A stretch of DNA of 64,000 bases, taken from assembly GCA_963701855.1 (NCBI GenBank), contig CAVPBK010000009.1, forward strand, positions 160,001-224,000. The letters run 5' to 3'. The position numbers and the translations under genes were made by a program. Source of the stretch: Nitrospirota bacterium (lineage in GTDB: Bacteria; Nitrospirota; Nitrospiria; Nitrospirales; Nitrospiraceae). Each line of letters starts with the position of its first letter. The first letter of the stretch is position 1. This document shows, piece after piece, positions 42,035 through 51,747 of this stretch. The notes beneath the pieces were generated by a model, which saw only the letters and a list, made by a program, of their open reading frames with translations, had not been told where the DNA came from and did not search any database.

Positions 42035-43882
42035 ATGGAACAGGTGTTAGAGGACGCTCATCCTCCATGCGGGGCCATCGTACAATCTGACGGATCGGTT
42101 CGATGGCGTGTCTGGGCTCCGAGAGCGAATTGTGTCGATGTGGTCATGATTAGCGACAGCGCACGACGCCTCCATAGCATGACCCGTGAGGACGGGGGAT
42201 TCTTTAGTTTCATCAAAGACCCGATCGTGACCGGACAACGATACGCCTATCGCGTAAACGGAGGCCCTGATTATCCTGACCCAGCCTCGCGCTGGCAGCC
42301 GGACGGTGTCAATCAGCCATCCGCCGTCCTCCGAACCGATGAATTCATCTGGTCTGATGAGGACTGGAAGGGAGTCCGGCGCGGAGACCTGGTGTTCTAT
42401 GAAATTCACGTCGGCACGTTTACGCCTCAAGGTTCATTCGAAGCGATTATCCCGCGCCTACCGGCATTGCGTGAATTGGGAGTGACGGCGTTGGAGATCA
42501 TGCCGGTCGGGCAATTTTCAGGCACGCGCAACTGGGGCTATGATGGGGTCCATCCTGCGGCCCCGCAACATAGCTATGGCGGGCCTCATGGGCTGCAGCG
42601 TTTGGTGAACGCGTGCCACTTGCACGGCCTCGCCGTGTTCCTTGACGTGGTCTACAACCATATCGGACCGGAAGGCAGCTATTTCGGAGAATATGGACCG
42701 TACTTCACCGACCAGTACCGGACCCCCTGGGGCCTGGCCGTGAACTACGATGGTCGCAGCAGTGACGCGGTCCGTGAATTCGTTCTGGATAATGTCCGCA
42801 TGTGGATCGGAGAGTATCACCTCGACGGTCTACGCCTCGATGCCGTGCATGCCATCTACGATTTCGGGGCTCGGCATATTTTGAAGGACATTAAGGAAGC
42901 GGCTGACTCGGCTGCGTGGGAACGCGGGCGTCACGTCCACATCGTGGCCGAAAGCGACCTGAACGATGTCCGTCTGCTGCGTCCTCCACGACAGGGTGGT
43001 TATGGGCTTGACGCGCAATGGAACGATGACTTTCATCATCTTGTGCATGCGTCCCTCACCGGCGAGCGACGAGGATATTACCAAGACTATGGAGCAAGGG
43101 AACAGTTTCCACAATTGCTGACTAACACCTTTGTCTTGAACGGGTGCTACAGCGCACATCGGGGCCGCCGTCACGGCGGCCCCGATGAAGGTCTTCTTGG
43201 CGATCGGTTCGTCGTCTCTCTTCAGAACCATGATCAGGTCGGAAACCGCGCGGCCGGCGAACGGCTGGGCACACTTCTTACGCCGCCTGCACAGCGATTG
43301 GCAGCAAGCCTGTTGCTTCTTGCCCCCTATCTACCGCTTCTGTTTATGGGGGAGGAGTACGGAGAAGAACATCCATTTCATTTCTTCTGTTCGTTCAGCG
43401 ATCACAAACTGATCGACGCAGTCAGGAACGGACGGCGTCGAGAGTTTGAGGCGTTTCATGATGATGGTGCAGACGTACCGGATCCTCAAGCTGAGCCGAC
43501 ATTCATGGCCTCCCGCCTCACCTGGTCGTGGGAGTCCGATCAACACAAGTCAGGGCTGCGTCGACTGTATCAAGACCTGTTGCGGGCGCGCCATGAGTGG
43601 GCGGCGCTATGCAATTACTCGCAGCGATCCGCACGCCTACTGCCTGACAATCAGTCCGGAGGCATTTTGGAGTTGGTTCGCGGGGGGCCAACCCCGAATA
43701 CACCTGGGGCGATACAAGCTTTCTTTAATCTCACTCCCCGATCACAGCCCATTCCAGTTCAGACACTGGCGAACATGCTATGGACATCCGAAGCAGAGCA
43801 ATATCATGGCCAGCGAGAGACCGACAAGGTCACGGAGGTTCTATTGCCGTATGAATGCATGGTCTTCGGTGACAGTGAATAA
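42035..43882 (+). CDS. treZ: Malto-oligosyltrehalose trehalohydrolase
   Basis: RNWGYDGV, DVVYNHIGPEG, DGLRLDAVHAI, QNHDQVGNR, LFMGEEY. Confidence 0.95.
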   Translation: MEQVLEDAHPPCGAIVQSDGSVRWRVWAPRANCVDVVMISDSARRLHSMTREDGGFFSFIKDPIVTGQRYAYRVNGGPDYPDPASRWQPDGVNQPSAVLRTDEFIWSDEDWKGVRRGDLVFYEIHVGTFTPQGSFEAIIPRLPALRELGVTALEIMPVGQFSGTRNWGYDGVHPAAPQHSYGGPHGLQRLVNACHLHGLAVFLDVVYNHIGPEGSYFGEYGPYFTDQYRTPWGLAVNYDGRSSDAVREFVLDNVRMWIGEYHLDGLRLDAVHAIYDFGARHILKDIKEAADSAAWERGRHVHIVAESDLNDVRLLRPPRQGGYGLDAQWNDDFHHLVHASLTGERRGYYQDYGAREQFPQLLTNTFVLNGCYSAHRGRRHGGPDEGLLGDRFVVSLQNHDQVGNRAAGERLGTLLTPPAQRLAASLLLLAPYLPLLFMGEEYGEEHPFHFFCSFSDHKLIDAVRNGRRREFEAFHDDGADVPDPQAEPTFMASRLTWSWESDQHKSGLRRLYQDLLRARHEWAALCNYSQRSARLLPDNQSGGILELVRGGPTPNTPGAIQAFFNLTPRSQPIPVQTLANMLWTSEAEQYHGQRETDKVTEVLLPYECMVFGDSE

Positions 43883-44065
43883 CAGAAATGGAAGCGGTCT
43901 GAGTCATGGAGCGTCCGAACATGCAGTCCGCTTCTGGGAAGCATTACAACGGTGCCTTTGTCCTGCCGGCGCCGCCTGCACCCCTCGAATCGTCAGAGGT
44001 TATACGCAGCCTCATACAGATTTATAATCGGTGAAGCAGCGCGCGGAGCCAGGAGGGAATTTCTC

Positions 44066-46717
44066 TTGCGGAATGAAATCGCTACGTACCGGATTCAGCT
44101 GTCCAGCGGTTTTACGCTCGACCATGCCTCCGCCATCTCTGAGTACCTAGCCCAACTTGGAATCAGCCATCTGTACAGTTCACCTGTGTTACAAGCCGTG
44201 AAAGGAAGCCCACACGGCTACGATGTCTTGGATCATAGCCGCGTCAATAGCGAATTGGGCGGAGAGGCGGCATTCCAGCGACTATCCGACGCGCTTCGTG
44301 AGCACAACCTCGGAGTCCTTCTGGATATCGTGCCGAACCACATGGCCATCAGCGGGAGGGACAATCTCTGGTGGTGGGATGTGCTCGAAAATGGGCAATC
44401 GAGCAGATACGCGCCCTACTTCGATGTGGAATGGATGGCCCCGGAAAGCAAATTTCACCATCAGGTGTTGTTGCCGATATTGGGGGACCATTACGGGCGG
44501 ATCCTTGATGCAGGCGAGATTCATGTCGAGCGCCGCGACGGAACCTTCACAATCCACTATCACGATGATGTGTTTCCCATCGCTCCGCAATCTCTTCCTT
44601 TCATCCTGACACGTGCTGCGTCAAGCGCGCGTTCCGATATCCTGGCGTTCTTTGCAGATGCGCTGGAACAACTCCCCTCGTCATGGGCGACGGACTGGGA
44701 CAGCTTACATCGCCGTCACAGAGACAAAGGAATTTTGGGCACGCTGTTAACCCGATTTCTCCAGGAGGATTCTGCCGCAGCAGCCGCCGTTGACCACACC
44801 ATCGAAGAAATCAATGGAGACCATCAGGCGCTGCACGTGTTGCTGGAGCGACAGAACTATCGGTTGGGGTTCTGGCGCATCGCCACGCAAGACCTCGCGT
44901 ATCGCCGGTTCTTCGATATCAGCACGCTGATCGGCCTGCGGACGGAGCATGAGCAAGTCTTCGCCGATATCCATAATCTGGTGTTCCAATGGTTGACACC
45001 GAACGGCCCCGTCGATGGTGTACGAGTCGATCATCCCGATGGATTATTGGATCCCGAGCAGTATCTCATTCGCTTGCGCGATCGTGTGCCCAGCGGTTGG
45101 ATCGTGGTTGAAAAAATCCTCACCTCCGGAGAGCGATTGCGACCCTCATGGCCTGTGTCCGGCACGACCGGCTATGATTTCATGAACATGGTCATGGGCC
45201 TGTTTATCGATCAGGACAGTAACGCGCCCTTGACCAGATTTTATGGTGACTTCACAGGCGAGACAAGAAACTTTTCCGATATTCTGCGCGACAAAAAACT
45301 TCATATACTCCGACATGTGTTGGGGAGTGATCTCAACATTCTGACCTCGATGTTACTAAATATCTGTGAACGTCATCCAAATCATCGCGATTATACTCGC
45401 CAAGAATTGCATGAATCGCTCAGGGAACTGATGGTGGAGTTTCCGGTGTACCGGTCCTACATTCGCCCTAGCGCCGGCTGCATCACCCAGGAGGATGAGG
45501 ACGTGGTTATGCGCGCATTCCACGGAGTGGCGACTAGAAGGACAGACTTGGGAGACGATCTGTTGGGCTTCATCCGCGATATTTTACTTCTCAAGATAGT
45601 GGGCAATGTGGAGTCCGACTTTGTCACACGGTTCCAGCAAGTTACCGGCCCGGTCATGGCCAAAGGCGCTGAAGACACGGCATTTTATTGCTATCATCGA
45701 TTTATTGCGCTCAATGAGGTAGGCGGCAATCCAGAACGCTATGGAATCACCGTCGACCAGTTTCATGCCTGGTGTCAGGACATACAGCGCGATTGGCCGA
45801 AAACGATGCTCAGTACATCGACCCACGATACGAAACGGAGCGAAGATGTGAGAGCTCGACTGGTCATTCTTTCGGAAATGCCCACTCAATGGATGGAGAC
45901 GGTAGCTGCCTGGTCCAAACGTCACATTCGATACTGGAATGCCCAACCTCCTGACCATAATTTCGAATACTTCCTGTACCAAACTCTGGTGGGCTCGTGG
46001 CCACTTGAAGAAGAACGAGCAATGGTTTACTGCGAGAAAGCAATTCGGGAAGCCAAGACCCATACATCATGGACCAATCCACAGACAAACTATGAAGACA
46101 ACATCAGAATCTTCGTTCGAGGGTTATATGCCGACGAAGAGTTTATACGGGAACTCGGTCGTTTTGTTGGAGACTTGGAATTATATGGGTACCAGACTTC
46201 ACTGTCTCAGACATTGATCAAACTAACAGCCCCCGGCATTCCTGATATATATCAGGGCTCCGAGCTATGGAATTTCAGTCTGGTAGATCCAGACAATCGG
46301 AGACCCGTCGACTATGACGCACGACGAAAGGTACTGCACGAATTGCCAGGATTGTCACCGGAGGCGATTTGGCAACGGCGTCACGAAGGCTTGGCGAAAC
46401 TCTGGATTATCCGTCAGGCCCTGCGTGTCCGACGTGAACGGCCACAGGCATTTGGCACCCAGGGGACGTATTCTCCGCTATACACCCGCGGGGAGAAATC
46501 CGCACATGTTGTCAGCTTCCTGAGAGGTGAAGAGGTGATTTCCATTGCTCCACGCTTATTCCTGAACTTACAAGATGGGTGGCATCACACCGTGATCGAT
46601 TTGCCCGAAGGACGCTGGCGCCAGGAATTCGATGGCCAGGTATTTGACAGCGGGCCCTGTCAAATGGAGGATGTATTGCATACGTTCCCCGTCGGGCTAT
46701 TGTCCAAAATGGGATAG
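44066..46717 (+). CDS. treY: Malto-oligosyltrehalose synthase
   Basis: AGGAGG RBS then TTG; ATYRIQL, DIVPNHM, YRRFFDI, RVDHPDGL, STHDTKRSED, SLVDPDNRRPVD. Confidence 0.95.
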   Translation: MRNEIATYRIQLSSGFTLDHASAISEYLAQLGISHLYSSPVLQAVKGSPHGYDVLDHSRVNSELGGEAAFQRLSDALREHNLGVLLDIVPNHMAISGRDNLWWWDVLENGQSSRYAPYFDVEWMAPESKFHHQVLLPILGDHYGRILDAGEIHVERRDGTFTIHYHDDVFPIAPQSLPFILTRAASSARSDILAFFADALEQLPSSWATDWDSLHRRHRDKGILGTLLTRFLQEDSAAAAAVDHTIEEINGDHQALHVLLERQNYRLGFWRIATQDLAYRRFFDISTLIGLRTEHEQVFADIHNLVFQWLTPNGPVDGVRVDHPDGLLDPEQYLIRLRDRVPSGWIVVEKILTSGERLRPSWPVSGTTGYDFMNMVMGLFIDQDSNAPLTRFYGDFTGETRNFSDILRDKKLHILRHVLGSDLNILTSMLLNICERHPNHRDYTRQELHESLRELMVEFPVYRSYIRPSAGCITQEDEDVVMRAFHGVATRRTDLGDDLLGFIRDILLLKIVGNVESDFVTRFQQVTGPVMAKGAEDTAFYCYHRFIALNEVGGNPERYGITVDQFHAWCQDIQRDWPKTMLSTSTHDTKRSEDVRARLVILSEMPTQWMETVAAWSKRHIRYWNAQPPDHNFEYFLYQTLVGSWPLEEERAMVYCEKAIREAKTHTSWTNPQTNYEDNIRIFVRGLYADEEFIRELGRFVGDLELYGYQTSLSQTLIKLTAPGIPDIYQGSELWNFSLVDPDNRRPVDYDARRKVLHELPGLSPEAIWQRRHEGLAKLWIIRQALRVRRERPQAFGTQGTYSPLYTRGEKSAHVVSFLRGEEVISIAPRLFLNLQDGWHHTVIDLPEGRWRQEFDGQVFDSGPCQMEDVLHTFPVGLLSKMG

Positions 46718-46800
46718 ACGCTGCCGGTCTGACGCACGAGATATTTCAGCGACGTTCCGCGCTAGACTTCAAAACAGATCCCCGATTGTTGATGTTCCCT

Positions 46801-48360
46801 TCACCGCCACTCGACCGCGCCGAATCCGGAGCTTCCGAGGAAGACATACATGAGACTGATGGTTTCGACCGTTTGGTCCCGATACTCCACGGTCGGATAC
46901 TGGGCGTCCCGGTGTGAGATGAGATACCGGAGCGCGACGCCATGTTGACCAATGACCCGGAGGGTGAACGAACCTTCTCCACGCAGCATATTTTCTTCTC
47001 CCTGTTCGGAGGCAAGCAAGCTACTGACATAGTACTCGCGCCCTGTGAGGTCGATCATCGCTCGGTCGCCGAAGATTAGACGGAGAGCGAGTAAGCCTTG
47101 CGGGGTGGCCCCATAGTGATAGTCCCGCTCCTCCGTGCGCTGGATGCTGCCGGCCGCGCCATAGCCGGCGCCGGCCAGAACTGTGCCCTGGAGCGCCACC
47201 ATACGAGAGAACCACGATTGCCAGGTCGTTCCGAGCGACAGCGCGGTGCTGGACACGCGGAATACTTGGGGGGAAATATAGTCAAAGCTTCCGAAGAGAC
47301 CCCACACCCCACGAGTGGAATCACGGGATTCATAGGTGCGACCGAGCAGGAGTCCCCGTGTATTGAGACTCTCAATGGTATTCGCCGTGACGGCAGTCAC
47401 GTGGAAATCAAAATAATCGAATGGACGGGCGTAACTATAGCCGGGCTTGCCAGGGAGACCATATGTGAAGGTGAAATCTCCCACAGCGCCATGCTCTTTG
47501 ACGCTGGAAGAGACGTTCTGGCTGCTTGAGGTGAGCGTTCCACCTAATTGCAGACGCATAAACGTGGCAGGCTGGTGGCTCGGGAACACCGCGTCGAACT
47601 TGTTACCGAATGCCAGGCGGTTGAGCCCAGTGGGGGGCGAAATCACAGCCGCGCCGAGTTCACGCCAGAAGCCGGGCCTGCCATCTTCGGTCTCCAGCAG
47701 CAGACTGGCCATGCGGAAGAATGGTTCGCCCAGGAATGACCCACCGATGGGCGTCGCGATCATGTCGTTGATCGAAGGAGCCGTCGTTTCGCCTCCCATT
47801 TCCCAGAGATAACTCCCGGCGCTGCTATACAGAAACGATTCCCAGAAATTGAGGCCCGTCGATCGAGCTAGACCGTAGTAGATGCTCCCGCTGTAGGGGT
47901 GTAGGAACTGGTTGACGGAAAACTGGTCGTTGTCGATCACCCAATGCGGATCAGTCACGTGCTGCCAGAACGTATCGCCTGTGGTTTGGTATACAGCTTT
48001 AGGCTCGACAAAATGCCGATCGAACTGATTGAGCAAGAGCAAGTAGGCCGTAATTTCAACGGCGGGAAGGAAGTAGCTGCGACCGGCCCCAGTCTCCCAA
48101 TTTAAACGGGTATTCCACCATTCGGAAGGAGTTTGAAAAAATGGGGCGGATTGACCCAGTCTGTGACGAGGTTCACCTGGGTTGACTGGCCCCTGTATTT
48201 CGGGAGCGGTGCCCTCTTGGAGGGGGTCTGCGGCACGAACTACGGCGAGGCCTTGGCCCGACATGATGAGCGCAAGCGTGAAAACTCCAGGAAGAAGTAA
48301 GGTTCGCGGGCACTGAATGTGACGCCCTGATCCGTTCATTTTCCAGATATAGTTCGTCAT
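46801..48360 (-). CDS. DUF3943-domain outer-membrane-type protein
   Basis: DNDQFSVNQFLHPYSG, PSINDMIAT..GGSFLGE; beta-strand-rich C-terminal half. Confidence 0.75.
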   Translation of the reverse strand: MTNYIWKMNGSGRHIQCPRTLLLPGVFTLALIMSGQGLAVVRAADPLQEGTAPEIQGPVNPGEPRHRLGQSAPFFQTPSEWWNTRLNWETGAGRSYFLPAVEITAYLLLLNQFDRHFVEPKAVYQTTGDTFWQHVTDPHWVIDNDQFSVNQFLHPYSGSIYYGLARSTGLNFWESFLYSSAGSYLWEMGGETTAPSINDMIATPIGGSFLGEPFFRMASLLLETEDGRPGFWRELGAAVISPPTGLNRLAFGNKFDAVFPSHQPATFMRLQLGGTLTSSSQNVSSSVKEHGAVGDFTFTYGLPGKPGYSYARPFDYFDFHVTAVTANTIESLNTRGLLLGRTYESRDSTRGVWGLFGSFDYISPQVFRVSSTALSLGTTWQSWFSRMVALQGTVLAGAGYGAAGSIQRTEERDYHYGATPQGLLALRLIFGDRAMIDLTGREYYVSSLLASEQGEENMLRGEGSFTLRVIGQHGVALRYLISHRDAQYPTVEYRDQTVETISLMYVFLGSSGFGAVEWR

Positions 48361-48669
48361 TTCGCTGATGCAATTGACATCCGCAACTCCCCGAGTGCAT
48401 CACAACGTGTTTCGACCGCTTCATGATTCCGTCCTTTCGAATAATTGTCGCTCCCGACCAAGACCGACACTGGGATAATCCCTAACTGGAACCACTAGCC
48501 GGCATATAGCCCTCGTACGAAGGTTCTGATGCTGTCTTCATATTCTGTATGTGGATCGGCCTACGAGGTGTGGGGCTAGGCTTCGCGCATCGCCTTCCCA
48601 GAGTAAGTCAACACTCGTTCTCCTTGACGGCTACCGCCAGTCCCTCCGTGATTGCAGGCTCCCCTCATT

Positions 48670-48880
48670 GTTTTCATTGCCCGAGTGAAACACCCAGGAC
48701 AGCAGGTGTGAATGAGGAGGCAATCGGCTGGGCTCGACACGATGGGTCTGTAGAAAGGTCCGTCGTGCGACCCAATGCACGCTATGAACAGAATGACCGT
48801 CCTCTTCTTGAATGAGTCCACAGAGACAATAAATTGGCACGAACAATCTCTCTCTCCCTGGAGCGGAGTGTCCTTCATGG
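48670..48880 (-). pseudogene. Frameshifted paralog of the 27708-28100 Cys/His domain
   Basis: FVPIYCLCGLIQEE...W... in one frame joins LIHTCCPGCF in another. Confidence 0.5.
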
Positions 48881-49290
48881 GTGATTGGTGCGAACCGGGG
48901 TTTACCAGCCATGGACCCTTCTCCTTTATTCGCGAATGAATATTCAGCGCGGAATTACCCTCCATGTGGACCCCCGCTGCCCTGATGAGGGAAGGTACCG
49001 CGAGAATCAGTTTAGCTTGACTGGGAATTACCCTAGGTAACCCGATGACATCTCCGCTTAGACTTAGGGCCTTCCATGCGGGATAGCAATAATGGGTCTC
49101 AGAAGCGCAACGCGCTCACGAGTCGTACTGCCTCAGCACATTGAGAGAAACAGGTTTCCCCTCCGCGGGTCTGTACGCAAACCTCTGATAATTCTTGTAG
49201 ATGCGATTCACACCCCAGTGCGCTATGCTCCAAGTGTGCTGTGGTCCAACGCACGGGCACTTACCCGCGCGTCCGAGAACCCCTCAGAAC

Positions 49291-49440
49291 CTAGCCCCGG
49301 AGCATCCCCACAGGTCCTTCCACCGTCATCGACGCATTCCCCTCAGTCCGGAATTGACCAGCACATACGCGTCCCGACCTGCGCCGACCGCCAGACGCAC
49401 TGCCTCTCTTCGCATCTCGGTAACTCCTTCACGATCTCCC
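49291..49440 (-). pseudogene. DUF72-like 3'-terminal fragment (copy C)
   Basis: With small indels reads IVKELP-EMRREAVRLAVGAGRDAYVLVNS-RTEGNASMTVEGPVGMLRG*. Confidence 0.65.
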
Positions 49441-49468
49441 TGCTTAGTAGGACATGCTCACTTCCAAA

Positions 49469-49484
49469 CTAGGGGGTTCCCTAG
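49469..49484. promoter_or_regulatory. CTAGG-N6-CCTAG operator-like palindrome (representative copy)
   Basis: CTAGGGGGTTCCCTAG. Confidence 0.6.
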
Positions 49485-49767
49485 ATTCGATAATTATGCG
49501 AGGGGCGTATACGTGCTTGTAGGCGTGTGTTTACACCAATCGAACATATGAAGTTATATGACTAACTCCAATCGCCGGGGCCTGGGTATGTGCCAGAGGC
49601 TCAATGGTATCCACAGCTCATCTTTGCGTTTGGCCTCGCGTTGAGCATCATGCGGGCAGCCCTGCTGTTATGGTTGGTTGGAGCCATGACCTCAGCTAGC
49701 ACGGCGTTCTTGAGCGTAGCGAAGTTCCCGGCAGCTGTATTCATCATCCGATCTGGAGGAACTTACA

Positions 49768-50094
49768 ATGCCTGAACTAGAATTACCGCCATCCGCCCTT
49801 GACCTTCGAGACCCATCGAACTGCTTAAACATTGCGATGGCTAGGCCTGGCCAAGAGATTCGAGTGCTCGTACGTCCCGAAAACGAGGCAACCGCGAGAC
49901 TGATGGAAGCTGTGGGTACCCTCAGCAACGACGGAAAATCGTTCTCTGTCGTGGTAACAAGAGAGGATGGCGCACAGCAGACCCACGACTTATCCTATAG
50001 GGATCTCTTGAAGATACTCTCGACTGAATCGCGTGCCACAATGCTTTCCCCTCCGAGGGAACCGCGTAAAGTCCCTCAAAAGATCTTCAGCTAG
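49768..50094 (+). CDS. Hypothetical protein
   Basis: GGAGG RBS; 108 aa. Confidence 0.5.
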   Translation: MPELELPPSALDLRDPSNCLNIAMARPGQEIRVLVRPENEATARLMEAVGTLSNDGKSFSVVVTREDGAQQTHDLSYRDLLKILSTESRATMLSPPREPRKVPQKIFS

Positions 50095-50361
50095 GGGATT
50101 TCCTCGTAGCCGTAAGTCTGGGGGCTTGCTAGAGTGAAGATGCTTTAGAAAAACGCGATGGGAAAAACTGCATACGAGCAGTGGAAGCATCACGAAGTCT
50201 GAAGCCGAAGGATCGACTCTAAAAGGAATCGAGCCTTTATTTTCTCTTGAAGCGCGCAGTACTTATCGAGAACCACTGGAGAACATATAATCGGGGCACG
50301 CCTGATATAGTCACCCTGGGATGTGTGGTGTCACCAGACTGAAATGGCAAGGAGGACGACC

Positions 50362-50754
50362 ATGCGTCAGATCCGCACTTGGCTCTCAACCCTCATCGGC
50401 ATAACCGCTCTCCAGATGATCTCCCCAGGCTGCACACTCAAGGCTACGATCAAGGAGATCACGGACACGACCTCCAACGCCACAGGAACGACCTCCGTCC
50501 GCACCTGGTTTACTGAAGACGGCATGTTGCATCCCGAATATACGCTCACCGCCTTCACTGCCCTGAACCAGACGAATGTGGAACAGGACCTAGCGCGAGG
50601 ACAGGGAGAATATCTCACATCGTTCGGTACCCTCCTGGGGCTTTCGGACAACCAGCAAGCAGCCTTTCACGCAAAGTCACAGAGGGCATTCGTGACGCTC
50701 ATGACGTCCAATCATGACGCCCAGCTCCAACAGTTGCGGACGCTTGCTCGCTAG
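50362..50754 (+). CDS. DUF3015-family lipoprotein
   Basis: AAGGAGG RBS; lipobox-like SPGC; QDLARGQGEYLTSFGTLLG. Confidence 0.75.
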   Translation: MRQIRTWLSTLIGITALQMISPGCTLKATIKEITDTTSNATGTTSVRTWFTEDGMLHPEYTLTAFTALNQTNVEQDLARGQGEYLTSFGTLLGLSDNQQAAFHAKSQRAFVTLMTSNHDAQLQQLRTLAR

Positions 50755-50840
50755 CAACGCTCTTGTGGTGATGTCCGGACGCACGTGAACGGGCGAGGGA
50801 GAATAACTCTGCCCGTTTCTGTATGAGGGGAGACCTCGAC

Positions 50841-50984
50841 CTACTGACGCTTTCCTCTGCACCCGGTATGGGCACAGTGGCAAGGTTCGCCTGTTCTTGC
50901 CTCTCGGCAACTAGACGAACAAAACTCTTTGCCCGGTTCGGCAGGACACGTACAGTTCGGGTGTGCGCATGGTTTTTTCGTCAT
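50841..50984 (-). CDS. Bacterial metallothionein-like peptide (47 aa), not in the ORF track
   Basis: MTKKPCAHPNCTCPAEPGKEFCSSSCREARTGEPCHCAHTGCRGKRQ (8 Cys, 3 His); AAGGAG RBS. Confidence 0.75.
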   Translation of the reverse strand: MTKKPCAHPNCTCPAEPGKEFCSSSCREARTGEPCHCAHTGCRGKRQ

Positions 50985-51030
50985 GGTCTAACTCCTTCTT
51001 CCGTTAAGAGGTTCTAACAGATGCCGCAAT

Positions 51031-51207
51031 TTATTCGGCAGGCACCTTTGCCCCTTTGCGTCTAGCTTCTGAAAGACCAATGGCAACGGCTTGTTTTCTA
51101 CTTTTGACCCAGTTGCCGCCCTTTCCGCTTTTTAGAGTTCCTTTTTTCAGTTTATGCATCGCCCGCTTGACCGATCGCTGTGCGCTCTTGCCATATTTGG
51201 CCATCAT
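51031..51207 (-). CDS. DUF6496-like small basic protein (58 aa), not in the ORF track
   Basis: MMAKYGKSAQRSVKRAMHKLKKGTLKSGKGGNWVKSRKQAVAIGLSEARRKGAKVPAE. Confidence 0.8.
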   Translation of the reverse strand: MMAKYGKSAQRSVKRAMHKLKKGTLKSGKGGNWVKSRKQAVAIGLSEARRKGAKVPAE

Positions 51208-51747
51208 GGTATTAATTCCTTTCTGAGCATCATAGCGGTATCGCGACTTTTGCTTTCTGTATCGAACGAGTACAGATCTCGACTTTGAAACAAGAACTCA
51301 CAGCTTAGAGTATTGAATCTATAACGGTGCCAATATCCCTATAGTAAATGGTGTGGTACGGAGAGGGAGCTAGGAATTACCCTGGAAGCACGAAGGGAAA
51401 AGAGGTTCCAGCACCGTCATCCCCTGACGGAAGAGTGTCATTAGGGGTATAGGCGAAAGCGGCAAGGTACGCAGTGTGCCCGATTCTATGTGTTCTCCCG
51501 TGCATCCATTGCAACGGGATGCACACATCACCCAATGTTATAGAGAAGGCCGATCGCCACTTTCCGCTGATCTGGAAGGGTTTTGTCGCCGGCTAAATTT
51601 GTTTGTGGTGGTCTTTGAAGGTCTCGGTCACATCGGTCTATCATGCCCGGGTTGATGATGAGCTGTATCATTGTCACCTTGGGCACAAGGTACAAGGTCA
51701 TAGCTAGTCGGGAACTGCGTTTGGCGGGCACGCAAGAGGACAAGCCC

